From an uncultured Thermoanaerobaculia bacterium (lineage in GTDB: Bacteria > Acidobacteriota > Thermoanaerobaculia > Thermoanaerobaculales > Sulfomarinibacteraceae), in the NCBI GenBank assembly GCA_964641295.1, contig CAZXNA010000003.1, positions 1 through 63,992 on the forward strand: DNA of 63,992 nt, given 5' to 3'. The translations under genes were made by a program, and so were the position numbers. This document shows positions 35,939 through 45,155 of the stretch, one piece after another (within the stretch, counting starts at the first letter, position 1; each line of letters opens with the position of its first letter). Below the pieces are notes generated by a model that had not been told where the DNA came from, searched no databases, and saw only the letters and a program-made list of their open reading frames with translations.

Positions 35939-37468
35939 ATGGATTACCCGATTTGGGACGTTGCCATGGGCGGTGAACTGCTCATGGCCCTGGTGGCCGT
36001 CACCCACGTCATCGTGTCCCACTTCGCCATCGGCGGCGGCCTGCTGATCGTGGTGGCCGAGACCCTGTCCGTGCGGCGTGGGGACCGGGAGCTCCGGGAG
36101 CTGGCCCGCCGCTCCTCGCTGGTGCTGATCCTCTTCTCCACGGTATTCGGGGCCATCTCAGGGGTGGGCATCTGGGTGGTGGCAGGGCTGATCTCCCCGG
36201 GGGCCATCTCGGCCCTGATCCACACCTACGTCTGGGGTTGGGCCATGGAGTGGGTGTTCTTCATCCTCGAGATCGTTGCTGCCCTGATCTACTACGCCAC
36301 CTGGAACAAGATCTCCAAGGGCGCCCACCTTCTCGTCGGGTGGCTCTATTTCGTCGGGGCCTATGGCTCCCTCGTCATCATCAATGGAATCGTCACCTTC
36401 ATGCTGACGCCGGGCCGTTGGCTGGAGACCCGCGACTTCTGGGACGGCTTCTTCAACCCCACCAACTGGCCCAGCGTCGTGCTGAGGACGGGTATCGCCC
36501 TGATGATGGCGGCCGTCTTCATGGTCTTTCCAGCCCTCAAGGCCTCCGCCGGGGCACGGCCTCGCCTCCTCCGCTTCCTGGGGTGGTGGCTCGTGGCGGG
36601 AACCCTCCTGGCCTACGGCGGCTACCGCTGGTGGGAGACGGAGCTTCTTCCCGCCAGCCGGAGCCTCTTCCTCGGCGCGGCACCCTTGCTGGAGAAGCTG
36701 GCGGCCACGCGTACCTTCACACTGTGGTCCATGGCCCTCACCCTGGCCCTGGCCCTGGTTTTCCTCGTGGGGATGCCCCGGTTGATGCGGGTGGTCGTAG
36801 CGGTCGTGGTGGCCCTGGCCGCCTTCTCCTCCTTCGCGGGTTTCGAGCGGGTTCGCGAGGGTGTCCGGAAGCCGTTCCTCATTCACGGCTACATGTTTTC
36901 CAACGGCTTGCTGGTGGAGCGGATCCCGGAGATCAACGAGAAAGGAATCCTCGCCGTCTCCGGATGGGCGGCCCGGATCGCTGGCGACGACCCCGTGTCC
37001 GTGGGGCGGCAGATCTTCCGCGTGGAGTGTTCCGCGTGTCATACCCTCGACGGGTACCAGAGTATCCGCCGGGCCCTGCCAACCGCGGACGATCTCGCCG
37101 CCGTGGCCGCCGGGGGTGCGGGAGAGGAAGGGGAACGGGCGTTCCGCGCCCAGTGCCTCTCCTGCCACCGGGATTCCTCGGCGGCTGAGATGGCCGAGAG
37201 CCTCCCCTCCCCGGAGGAGATGAAGGAGGACCCGGAAATGATCCAGGACCTCCTCGCCGGTATGGTCGAGGGGACCCTGGTGAACCTCAAGGACATGGGC
37301 GAGGTCTACGCCGAGGCGGGGGGCTCCGGCCCCGTCGATACGAGGGGCCTCTCCCATCCCTACATGCCGCCCTTCGCCGGTACGGACGAGGAGCTCGAGG
37401 CCCTGGCCGCCTACCTGGAGACGCTCGGACCCCCCGACACGCCCGACGCCGGGGAAGGAGGCCGGTGA
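35939..37468 (+). CDS. Cytochrome bd subunit-I-like membrane domain fused to two C-terminal c-type haem domains
   Basis: N-terminus MDYPIWDVAMGGELLMALVAVTHVIVSHFAIGGGLL resembles CydA-family N-termini. About 8 TM segments. C-terminal soluble part has CSACH and CLSCH. Confidence 0.5.
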   Translation: MDYPIWDVAMGGELLMALVAVTHVIVSHFAIGGGLLIVVAETLSVRRGDRELRELARRSSLVLILFSTVFGAISGVGIWVVAGLISPGAISALIHTYVWGWAMEWVFFILEIVAALIYYATWNKISKGAHLLVGWLYFVGAYGSLVIINGIVTFMLTPGRWLETRDFWDGFFNPTNWPSVVLRTGIALMMAAVFMVFPALKASAGARPRLLRFLGWWLVAGTLLAYGGYRWWETELLPASRSLFLGAAPLLEKLAATRTFTLWSMALTLALALVFLVGMPRLMRVVVAVVVALAAFSSFAGFERVREGVRKPFLIHGYMFSNGLLVERIPEINEKGILAVSGWAARIAGDDPVSVGRQIFRVECSACHTLDGYQSIRRALPTADDLAAVAAGGAGEEGERAFRAQCLSCHRDSSAAEMAESLPSPEEMKEDPEMIQDLLAGMVEGTLVNLKDMGEVYAEAGGSGPVDTRGLSHPYMPPFAGTDEELEALAAYLETLGPPDTPDAGEGGR

Positions 37469-38580
37469 TGCTGCCCGATTTGATTCCCGCACCCGACGCC
37501 GCTCCCCTGCCAGGGCCTGCGTGGCTCTTCCAGCTCCTGCTGGTCTTGACCTTCTTTCTGCACCTGATCTTCGTCAACCTGGCCCTGGGCGGTACCCTGC
37601 TGGCGGCCCTCGCCCAGCTCGCTTCGAAAGGCCGTGAGGGGGACCCCAGAACCGCCCTGGCCTCGCGGTTGGCGGCCATCAACGGGTATGGCGTCTCCCT
37701 GGCCATCACAACGGGCGTCGCGCCATTGCTCTTCATCCAGGTGATCTACGGCCAGTATTTCTACTCTGCGACGATCCTCCTCGGCTGGATCTGGTTCTGC
37801 CTCCTGGCGGCGCTGATGGTCGGCTACTACGCCCTCTACCTCTACAAGTTCCGGCCCAGTCCGCCGAAAAGGACGGCGGGGTTCTGGCTCGTCGTCTCCG
37901 CGTTGATGTTCCTGGCGGTGGCGGTGGTCCAGGTGATGGTCAACCTGCTCCACTCCCAGCCGGGCCGCTGGCCCAACGCTCTCCACAACCCCTGGGTGAT
38001 CCTGGCCGACCCGACCTTCCTTCCGCGCCTGGCCCACTTCGTCCTGGCTGCCGTCGGCTTCTCGGCCCTTGTCGTGTGCTGGTGGGCCGTGCGGCAGGCC
38101 CGCCGGGGCGGGAGCCAGCTGGAAAGCGAGATGGCGACGTATACCTGGAAATGGGTGCTGTGGACCACCCTGCTCCAGATCGTGGATGGGGCCCTCCTGC
38201 TCCTGTTGCTGCCCGCAGACGTGCTTGGCAGGCTGATGAAGGGTGGGCCCGCAGCCCACATCCCCCTGACCCTCGGGATTCTCCTCGGCCTCGTTCTCCT
38301 CCTGCTGCTTGCACGTACCCAGCACCCCGTGAAGGCTCCAAGGGTGGTCGACATCACCCTCCTTCTCTACGTGGCCACCGTGCTCTCCATGGCCATCACG
38401 CGGCATCAGGTCCGCGGTTGGTACCTCGAGGAGGCCACCTCCAGGTACCACCTGGCGGAGGCTCCCCAGTGGAGCATCTTCCTCCTCTTCGCGGTGTTGC
38501 TGGTGGCCGGCCTGGCGACGGTGGCGTGGATGATCCGCAAGGTGCTGACCAGTCCGGCCGCGGGGGACGACGCCGCCTGA
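37465..38580 (+). CDS. Polytopic membrane protein coupled to the bd-like gene
   Basis: GTGATG overlap with the upstream stop. 371 aa, about 9 TM segments, no motif recognised. Confidence 0.5.
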   Translation: MMLPDLIPAPDAAPLPGPAWLFQLLLVLTFFLHLIFVNLALGGTLLAALAQLASKGREGDPRTALASRLAAINGYGVSLAITTGVAPLLFIQVIYGQYFYSATILLGWIWFCLLAALMVGYYALYLYKFRPSPPKRTAGFWLVVSALMFLAVAVVQVMVNLLHSQPGRWPNALHNPWVILADPTFLPRLAHFVLAAVGFSALVVCWWAVRQARRGGSQLESEMATYTWKWVLWTTLLQIVDGALLLLLLPADVLGRLMKGGPAAHIPLTLGILLGLVLLLLLARTQHPVKAPRVVDITLLLYVATVLSMAITRHQVRGWYLEEATSRYHLAEAPQWSIFLLFAVLLVAGLATVAWMIRKVLTSPAAGDDAA

Positions 38581-38622
38581 AGGACGGGCACCGCCATCGG
38601 TGGGCGGGACTCCGACCGGTCC

Positions 38623-40488
38623 TCAGAAGGACGCGCGGAGGCCGCCGATGAAGCGGCGGCCGGCGGCCGGGTAGCCCGCCACGGCCTCGTAGGCGCGATC
38701 CGTCAGGTTCTCCATGCGAAGGGTCACCTCGAGGGGGGGCAGCACTCTCCAGGCCAGGGCCAGGTTCGCCGTGACGAAGCCGCCGACGGAGATCCGGCCG
38801 AAGTTGAGGGGGTCGACGTCGTCCCGGCTTCCCACGTAGAGGACGGTAAGATCTCCACGAAGGACGTCCCAGCCCAGGCGCCCGGTGAGGGTCAACGAGC
38901 CGCTCCAGTCCGGCCGGCGCAGGAGCCTGTCTCCGGCGTCGTCCTCGGTGTCGAGCCAGGTCAGCTGACCCTGCAGGCGCGTGTCGTCGCCAAGAACGAC
39001 CCCGGCACCGAGTTCGATACCGTCGATGTCCGCCGAGCCGACGTTCTGGAAGGTGTAGGTGCCGTAATCGAACTGGATCAGATCGTTGAGGTTCGTGGTG
39101 AACAGGGTGGCCTCGAACCGGAACGTACCCCCTTCGGAGGTGTGGACCGCACCGACCTCAGTGGAGGTCGAGGTTTCGGCGTCGAGATCGGGATTGCCGG
39201 AATAGGGGAAGTAGAGCTCTCCCACGGAGGGCTGGCGGAAGGCCTGCCCCCAGCTGGCCCGGAGCTCCCACAGCCGGCCCACCCGCCAGCGGAGCCCGAC
39301 CCGGGGGGAGAGCTGGGAGCCCCACCGGTCGGCATCGTCCCAGCGGGTGCCCAGCTGAACGGACACCTTCTTCGACAGGCGCCAGAGGTCCTGCACGAAG
39401 AGGCCGGTCGTGTCGACCTTCTCCCCGTCCAGGTTGGTTCCGAAGGAGGAGCGGTCGTCGACGCTGTCACCACGCCACTCCCCGCCGAAGCTCAGATGGT
39501 GGCCGCCCAGATGATGATGAACGCTGACGCGGACCTGGTCCGTGTCGGCCGAGGTGTCCGACCGGGTGAAGCCAAAGGGATCATCGGGATCGCGGAAGGT
39601 GAAATCGCGCTCCACATGGGAGAGGGTGGCCTGGAGATCCCAGCGCTCACCGATCCGCCACCGGAGAGGCACCGCCGCCAGGATCTGGTCCGAGCTCTGA
39701 TGGCGATGGGGGGTCACCGTCGCCCCGGCAAAGGGGATCTCCACACGGGACGAGACACTCTGGAAGAGTAGGCCGACACGGCTCCCAGGCGCCCAGGTGA
39801 AGCCGGCGTCCACCAGGGTCTGGCCCAGGGAGTAGTCGCTGTTGTCCAGGGTGCCGCTGCCCTCCCGGTAAAACCCCGAGGCCAGCACGTCGAAGCCGCC
39901 GGAACCCCAGGAGACCTGGGCCTGGCCCCGCTTCCAGCTGTCCTCGCCCCCCTCGGCGAGGACCGTGCCCTCAAGACCATCGTGGCCCAGCTCAGGGATG
40001 AGATTGACCACGCCGCCCACGGCGTCGCCACCCCACAGGGCCGAAAACGGCCCGCGGGCCACCTCGAGACGCTCGAGGCCGGCCGTCGGGAGGATGCTCC
40101 AGTCAAAACCGCCGAAGTAAGGGGAGTTGAGCCGGACGCCGTCGAAGAGCACCAGGGTTTGACTGGAGTTGGTACCACGGGTGAAGACCGAGGTGACGCC
40201 GCCGGCATCGCCCGACTGCATCACGGTCAGCCCGGGGACGCGCCGCAGCAGCCCCACAACCGTGTCCATCTGCGAATCCTCGATCTCCTGACGGTCGATG
40301 ACGGTGACGGCTGCAGGGACCGCCTCGGCGGTGGCCTCCTCGCCCGTTGCCGTGACCGTCACCTGACCGGTGAACTTCTTGCCGTCGCCGGCAGCGTTGG
40401 TCGGGTTTTCCTCCGCGGCCGGAGCGGTGGCCGGCAGGACGGCGGCTATCACGAGACCGAGGGAAAGGACGAACGAAGGACGGAACAT
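38623..40488 (-). CDS. btuB: TonB-dependent receptor, BtuB-like
   Basis: Internal ATG 40488 (GGGAGG SD). Signal peptide, plug domain DTVVGLLRRVPGLTV...TRGTNSSQTLVLFDGVRLN, C-terminal ...GGLRASF. A cobalamin riboswitch lies directly upstream. Confidence 0.8.
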   Translation of the reverse strand: MFRPSFVLSLGLVIAAVLPATAPAAEENPTNAAGDGKKFTGQVTVTATGEEATAEAVPAAVTVIDRQEIEDSQMDTVVGLLRRVPGLTVMQSGDAGGVTSVFTRGTNSSQTLVLFDGVRLNSPYFGGFDWSILPTAGLERLEVARGPFSALWGGDAVGGVVNLIPELGHDGLEGTVLAEGGEDSWKRGQAQVSWGSGGFDVLASGFYREGSGTLDNSDYSLGQTLVDAGFTWAPGSRVGLLFQSVSSRVEIPFAGATVTPHRHQSSDQILAAVPLRWRIGERWDLQATLSHVERDFTFRDPDDPFGFTRSDTSADTDQVRVSVHHHLGGHHLSFGGEWRGDSVDDRSSFGTNLDGEKVDTTGLFVQDLWRLSKKVSVQLGTRWDDADRWGSQLSPRVGLRWRVGRLWELRASWGQAFRQPSVGELYFPYSGNPDLDAETSTSTEVGAVHTSEGGTFRFEATLFTTNLNDLIQFDYGTYTFQNVGSADIDGIELGAGVVLGDDTRLQGQLTWLDTEDDAGDRLLRRPDWSGSLTLTGRLGWDVLRGDLTVLYVGSRDDVDPLNFGRISVGGFVTANLALAWRVLPPLEVTLRMENLTDRAYEAVAGYPAAGRRFIGGLRASF

Positions 40489-40511
40489 GACGAAACCTCC
40501 CGTTTCTGTTT

Positions 40512-40735
40512 GGAACGGCAGGTCTCCTGACTTCCGGATCTGTTGGAGGCGTCCCAGGACGCCCGACAAGCGCCGGATCCGTTTACCTTCCCAGCCGGTC
40601 AACCCCTGTGGATCGTACCGACCAGTGGCCGGGTCTCCCCGTGAACGGTCCGTCCCCGGTTACAGTGGCGGGGGCCGTGCCGGACTCTCACCGGCTTCCC
40701 TTCGCCGCTCCGTTGGCTCCGAGCTTAGGCTGTCC
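40512..40735 (-). promoter_or_regulatory. Cobalamin riboswitch
   Basis: Minus strand reads ...GAAGGGAAGCCGGTGAGAGTCCGGCACGGCCCCCGCCACTGTAACCGGGGA...GGCCACTGG...CTGGGAAGG...AGTCAGGAGACCTGCC (B12 box), ending about 25 nt before the btuB start. Confidence 0.85.
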
Positions 40736-40974
40736 TACCCCCCCGGTCAAGCTGCGAAGATTCCTGGGAGCGGGCTCAACCCACCCACCACCGGGTCGCC
40801 GAAGAGGTGTTGCGGCTGGAGCCGTGCCACCGAGGGCAGGAAGGACACGGCAAGGAATCCCGTGATCCACAGACCGATCCGATTGAAGACGACGAGAAGG
40901 AGGAGATCCCTGGAACCGGTCCCAGAGCCCCGAAGATGGAGGCCACCGTGGAGCCCTTCCTCCGGGGTGCGTCG

Positions 40975-41541
40975 TCAGCTCTCCGCGCGGGAGACGTACT
41001 CGCCGGTTCGGGTGTCGACGACGATCTTCGTTCCGGTCTCGATGTAGGCAGGAACGGTGACGGTGATCCCCGTTTCCAGCTTGGCGGGCTTGGAGTTGCC
41101 GGCGGCGGTGGCGCCCTTGAGCTTCGGCTCGGTTTCGACGACCTCGAGGACAACGGTGTTGGGGAGCTCGACGCCGACGGGCTCGCCGTTGTAGAAGTCG
41201 ACCTCGACGACGGTGTCCGGGAGCAGATAATCCTTGGCTTCGGCCAGGGCTTCCTCGGGCATCGCCAGCTGCTCGTAGCTCTCGAGGTTCATGAAGTGAT
41301 AGTGGTGGCCGTCGGAGTAGAGGTACTGCATCTCGTGGGTGTCGATGCGCGCCACCTCGATCTTGTCCGAAGGCCGGAATCGGTGCTCGGTCTGCACGCC
41401 GGTCCTCAGGCTGCGAATCTTGCTCTGAACCAGGGCGTTGCCCTTGCCCGGTGTGACATGGGTCGTGCTGAGCACGCGGTAGAGCTCGCCGTTGTGGACG
41501 ATGATCTGACCGGAGCGAAGCTGGGTCGCGATGATCTGCAT
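40975..41541 (-). CDS. efp: Elongation factor P
   Basis: Internal ATG 41541. LRSGQIIVHNGELYRVL...PGKGNALVQSKIRSL...GEPVGVELP...; 188 aa. Confidence 0.95.
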   Translation of the reverse strand: MQIIATQLRSGQIIVHNGELYRVLSTTHVTPGKGNALVQSKIRSLRTGVQTEHRFRPSDKIEVARIDTHEMQYLYSDGHHYHFMNLESYEQLAMPEEALAEAKDYLLPDTVVEVDFYNGEPVGVELPNTVVLEVVETEPKLKGATAAGNSKPAKLETGITVTVPAYIETGTKIVVDTRTGEYVSRAES

Positions 41542-41746
41542 GATCTCTCCCTCTGTCGTTATCTCGACCGGCTGGCGTGCACCGCGCGCCGGCATGGGGC
41601 GCCATTGTACCCGACGGCGCACGGATGTCACGCCCGGCGCGGTACCATGGGAAATCGAGAACGGATAGCCCGCATTGTTCATGAGGGTTCGTCGCCCCCT
41701 GCAGCAGACGGCTCATGAATAATGCGGGCTAGGGAGGGAGTTCCCC

Positions 41747-42433
41747 ATGGAGACCGTGGAACTGCAGAGGCTGGCTCAGAGTATCGATCACACCCTGTTG
41801 AAGGCGGAGGCGGGAGAGGCGGACGTCGTCGAGCTCTGTAGACAGGCCCGGGAGTGGGGCTTCGCCGCCGTCTGCGTCAACCCCGTCTGGATCGAAGCGG
41901 CGGTGCGGGAGCTCCGGGGGAGCGGTGTCGAGGTGGCCTCCGTGTGCGGCTTTCCCCTGGGCGCCACCACGACCGCCGTCAAGCTGGAGGAAGCGCGCCA
42001 GGCCCTTGGGCACGGGGCGAGCGAGATCGATGTGGTCATCAACATCGGATGGGTGCTGGAGGGGCGCTGGCGGAGCGTCGACGAGGAACTGGCCGCCATG
42101 GCGGACGCCGTCCACCAGGGGGGCGGCCGCCTCAAGGTCATTCTGGAGTGTGGTCTCCTGGACGAGGTCAGGAAGGCCGAGGCGGCGCGGCGCGCCGTCG
42201 CCGCCGGCGTTGACTTCCTCAAGACGTCAACGGGTTTTCTGGCCGGGGGGGCGACGGTCGAAGATGTCACGCTCCTGCGCAGCATCGCCGGAGGATTGGT
42301 GGGGGTCAAGGCCTCCGGGGGGATCCGGACCCTGGAACAGGCGCTGACCATGCTGGCGGCCGGAGCGGACCGGTTGGGAACCTCGTCCGGCATGGCCATC
42401 ATGGAGGAGGCCCAGGACCGGGTCCATGGCTGA
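41747..42433 (+). CDS. deoC: Deoxyribose-phosphate aldolase
   Basis: IDHTLLK, VCVNP, EIDVVIN, LKVILE, FLKTSTGF (Schiff-base Lys), VKASGGIRT. Confidence 0.9.
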   Translation: METVELQRLAQSIDHTLLKAEAGEADVVELCRQAREWGFAAVCVNPVWIEAAVRELRGSGVEVASVCGFPLGATTTAVKLEEARQALGHGASEIDVVINIGWVLEGRWRSVDEELAAMADAVHQGGGRLKVILECGLLDEVRKAEAARRAVAAGVDFLKTSTGFLAGGATVEDVTLLRSIAGGLVGVKASGGIRTLEQALTMLAAGADRLGTSSGMAIMEEAQDRVHG

Positions 42434-45155
42434 TCGATCCGCCCCAGCTTCGGCGCCGGGCCGCCGGCTCCGCCAGGATCCGGGTGCCAGGGTCGTCATC
42501 CGCCGGGTATTGGTGGCGCTGGTGACCCTCCTGGCCCTGGGGCTTTCGATCAGCTCCATGTACCGCACCCTGCGCACCTTCCGGGTGCTGGACTTCAGCG
42601 TCAACTGGGGTGAGGATGGTCTGCGGGTCGTCCAGGTCCCGCCGGGCTCCACCGCCGAACGCTCGGGCCTCCGGCCCAGCGACATCATTCTCAGCATCGA
42701 TGACCGGCTGGTTTCCAGCATGCCGAACCCAACGGGGGTCTTTCTCGGGGTGGGGAGTCACCGGCTGACCGTTCAGCGTCAGGACGGGACGCGGGAGAAC
42801 CTCCTGTACCAGCCGCCACCACTCCACCTGGATCCGGTCTACGTGGCACGTTCCCTGGTGGCCCTGGTCGGCCTGATCTGCGCCGTCATCGCCGTTCTGG
42901 GAACCCGGCGCCGGGAGGCCATGACCTTCTTCCTGCTGGCCCTGTCGTCCCTCGTGGTCGCCACCGTTCCACACCGGATCGCCGGCATGTCCATGCTTCT
43001 GAAACTGGTTCACCGGGCGGCAGGGGCGGCCATTCCCTTTCTGCTGGTACGCTTCTTCGTCGTCTTCCCCCGCGGCCGGCGCATGTGGCCGTGGTGGGAC
43101 GTGGTGACGATCCTGGTAATGGCCGTGGCCGGCTCCACAGCCGTCTCTCCCCTGACGACACCCTGGTGGCCGGCCGTGGCCATCGGGCTCCGTGTCTTCT
43201 TCGTCGCTGCCCTCCTGGCGGTCGCGGCCATCCAGATGCGCCAGTGGCGGCAGGCGGTGCGGCTGGCGGCCGTCCGGCGCCAAATCGAGTGGACGGCCCT
43301 CGGGATGTTCGTCGGCCTGTTCCCCTACGCGACGCTGGTGCTCCTGCCACGGTGGCTGGACATCGGCTTCGAACCCTTCTCGTGGCTGGCGGTCCTTCCC
43401 ATCGCTGCCATTCCCCTCAGCTTCCTGGCGGCCCTGGGGAGGTACCGTCTGTGGGACCTGGAGCCCATCACGAGGGACGTCGTGTCAGCGACCCTGGCCG
43501 TCGTCGTCGGGGGGCTGGTCTTCACGACCCTCAACGCCGTGCTCTTCCCCACCGTCGAAGCCGTCGGCGCGCTCCGCAACCTGCTGGCCTTCGGAACGGG
43601 CGTCCTCCTGGTGGTCCTCCTGTTGCCCATGCGGGCCAGGGTTGGCGCGTTTCTCGATCGCTGGCTCTACCACGGCCGGCCGGCGCCGAGGCTCCTGGTG
43701 ACCCATGTGACCCGCGAACTGGCGGAAACGACAGATCCCCGGCTCCTGCTGGAGCGGTTGACGCGGGCCTTGGTGGACAGTCTGGAGCTGGAGCCCGTGG
43801 CCACGTACCTGCGAACCTCCCAGGGCCGGTTCCGGCGGGTGACGGGGGAGGGGCTCTCCCTTCCGGTGGATCTTCCGGTCACCGTGGCGGCGTCGCCCTT
43901 CCCCTGCGAGGAGGAAGAGGCGCTGGCCCGGGCGGGTTTTGAGGAACGCTTCCTTCTGGAGCGGGCGGGTACGGTGCATGGAGTGCTCTACATCGGCCTC
44001 CGACGAGCCATCTTCCCCCTGGGAACCGAGGGCCGGGAGATGATCGAGGCGCTGGCGGCCCAGGCGGCCCTGGCTCTGGAAAGCGCGCGTCTCATGGAGG
44101 ACCTTCGGGACAAGGCCGAGGAGTACCGCATCCTCCACACCAACACCCGGCGGATCATCGAGTCGTCGGCCGCGGGGATCCTCGTCTGTGACGCGGCGGG
44201 CCGCGTGCTGTCGAGCAACGCCCGCGCCCAGGCCATCCTCGGGTCGGACCAGCTGGTCGGCCGAGAGCTTCGCCAGTTGATCCGCCTGCCCGAGGCCTGG
44301 GGTCCGCAGCTTCCCATCCACGCCGTCAACGCCGAGGGTGAGACACTGGCGGGCGAGAAGCGGCGGGTGATCATGGCGGTCTCGGTCCTGGAGCTGGAGA
44401 GCGGGCAGTTCAACGGCCGGGTCGTAGTCCTCCAGGACGTCACCGAGCTGCGGGAGCTCGAGCAGAGGCTCCAGGAGCAGGAGCGCCTGGCGGCCCTGGG
44501 ACGTTTGGCCTCGGGTCTCGCCCACGAGATCAACACTCCCTTGACCGGTATCGCCTCCTACGCGCAGATGCTCGGGGAGATGACGGGCACCGACGATCCC
44601 CGGTCGGAGCTGGTCCACAAGCTGGTATCCCAGAGCTTCCGCGTCTCGAGGATCGTCGCCAACCTCAAGGCGGCCATGCGGGAAGTGAGCTCCGAGCAGG
44701 TGCTCGTCGATGCGGTCGAGGTGACCGGCCGGGCGGCCGTGGAGGCGGCGCAGTCCCTCGAGGCCGAGGAACGGCTCCGCCTGGACCTGCCCCCCGTGGA
44801 GCTGTCCGTTCGGGTGGCCGAGGGCGCCCTGGTGCTGGCCGTCAGCAACCTGGTACGGAACGCCATCGAGGCCTCCTCGTCGGCCACGCCCGTCGTCGTT
44901 GGGGCCTGGGGCGACGAGAGCGTGGTCGAGATCCGCGTCGACGATGCCGGTCCTGGGGTGCCGGAGGAGCTCAGGGAACGGGTGTTCGAGCCCTTCTTCA
45001 CGACCCGTTCCCAACGCGGTGGGACCGGTCTTGGGCTTGCCATCACGCGTGATATGATCGCGCGACAGGGAGGTGAAGTACGGCTGGAAGAGTCTCCCCA
45101 GGGAGGGACGCGGGCGGTCATCCGCCTGCCCAGGGAACCGGCGGCGCCGTCCTGA
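42426..45155 (+). CDS. Sensor histidine kinase: TM, PDZ, multi-TM block, GAF-like, PAS, HisKA, HATPase_c
   Basis: PDZ-like GLRVVQVPPGSTAERSGLRPSDIILSIDD between TM1 and about 8 further TM segments. H-box LASGLAHEINTPL. N box VRNAIEA, G1 DDAGPGV, G2 GGTGLGLAI. Confidence 0.85.
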   Translation: MADRSAPASAPGRRLRQDPGARVVIRRVLVALVTLLALGLSISSMYRTLRTFRVLDFSVNWGEDGLRVVQVPPGSTAERSGLRPSDIILSIDDRLVSSMPNPTGVFLGVGSHRLTVQRQDGTRENLLYQPPPLHLDPVYVARSLVALVGLICAVIAVLGTRRREAMTFFLLALSSLVVATVPHRIAGMSMLLKLVHRAAGAAIPFLLVRFFVVFPRGRRMWPWWDVVTILVMAVAGSTAVSPLTTPWWPAVAIGLRVFFVAALLAVAAIQMRQWRQAVRLAAVRRQIEWTALGMFVGLFPYATLVLLPRWLDIGFEPFSWLAVLPIAAIPLSFLAALGRYRLWDLEPITRDVVSATLAVVVGGLVFTTLNAVLFPTVEAVGALRNLLAFGTGVLLVVLLLPMRARVGAFLDRWLYHGRPAPRLLVTHVTRELAETTDPRLLLERLTRALVDSLELEPVATYLRTSQGRFRRVTGEGLSLPVDLPVTVAASPFPCEEEEALARAGFEERFLLERAGTVHGVLYIGLRRAIFPLGTEGREMIEALAAQAALALESARLMEDLRDKAEEYRILHTNTRRIIESSAAGILVCDAAGRVLSSNARAQAILGSDQLVGRELRQLIRLPEAWGPQLPIHAVNAEGETLAGEKRRVIMAVSVLELESGQFNGRVVVLQDVTELRELEQRLQEQERLAALGRLASGLAHEINTPLTGIASYAQMLGEMTGTDDPRSELVHKLVSQSFRVSRIVANLKAAMREVSSEQVLVDAVEVTGRAAVEAAQSLEAEERLRLDLPPVELSVRVAEGALVLAVSNLVRNAIEASSSATPVVVGAWGDESVVEIRVDDAGPGVPEELRERVFEPFFTTRSQRGGTGLGLAITRDMIARQGGEVRLEESPQGGTRAVIRLPREPAAPS

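Noticed and set aside
40815-40829. Sigma-54-like element on the minus strand upstream of the cobalamin riboswitch (TGGCACGGCTCCAGC).
   Set aside because: The -24 half is perfect, but the -12 half reads CAGC instead of TTGC. A sigma-54-driven btuB has no precedent I know of, so a chance match is likely.
40920-40975. Hairpin downstream of efp as a terminator.
   Set aside because: The stem is imperfect (CCCCGGAGG...CCTCC...CGGGG alternatives) and there is no U-tract. Not convincing.
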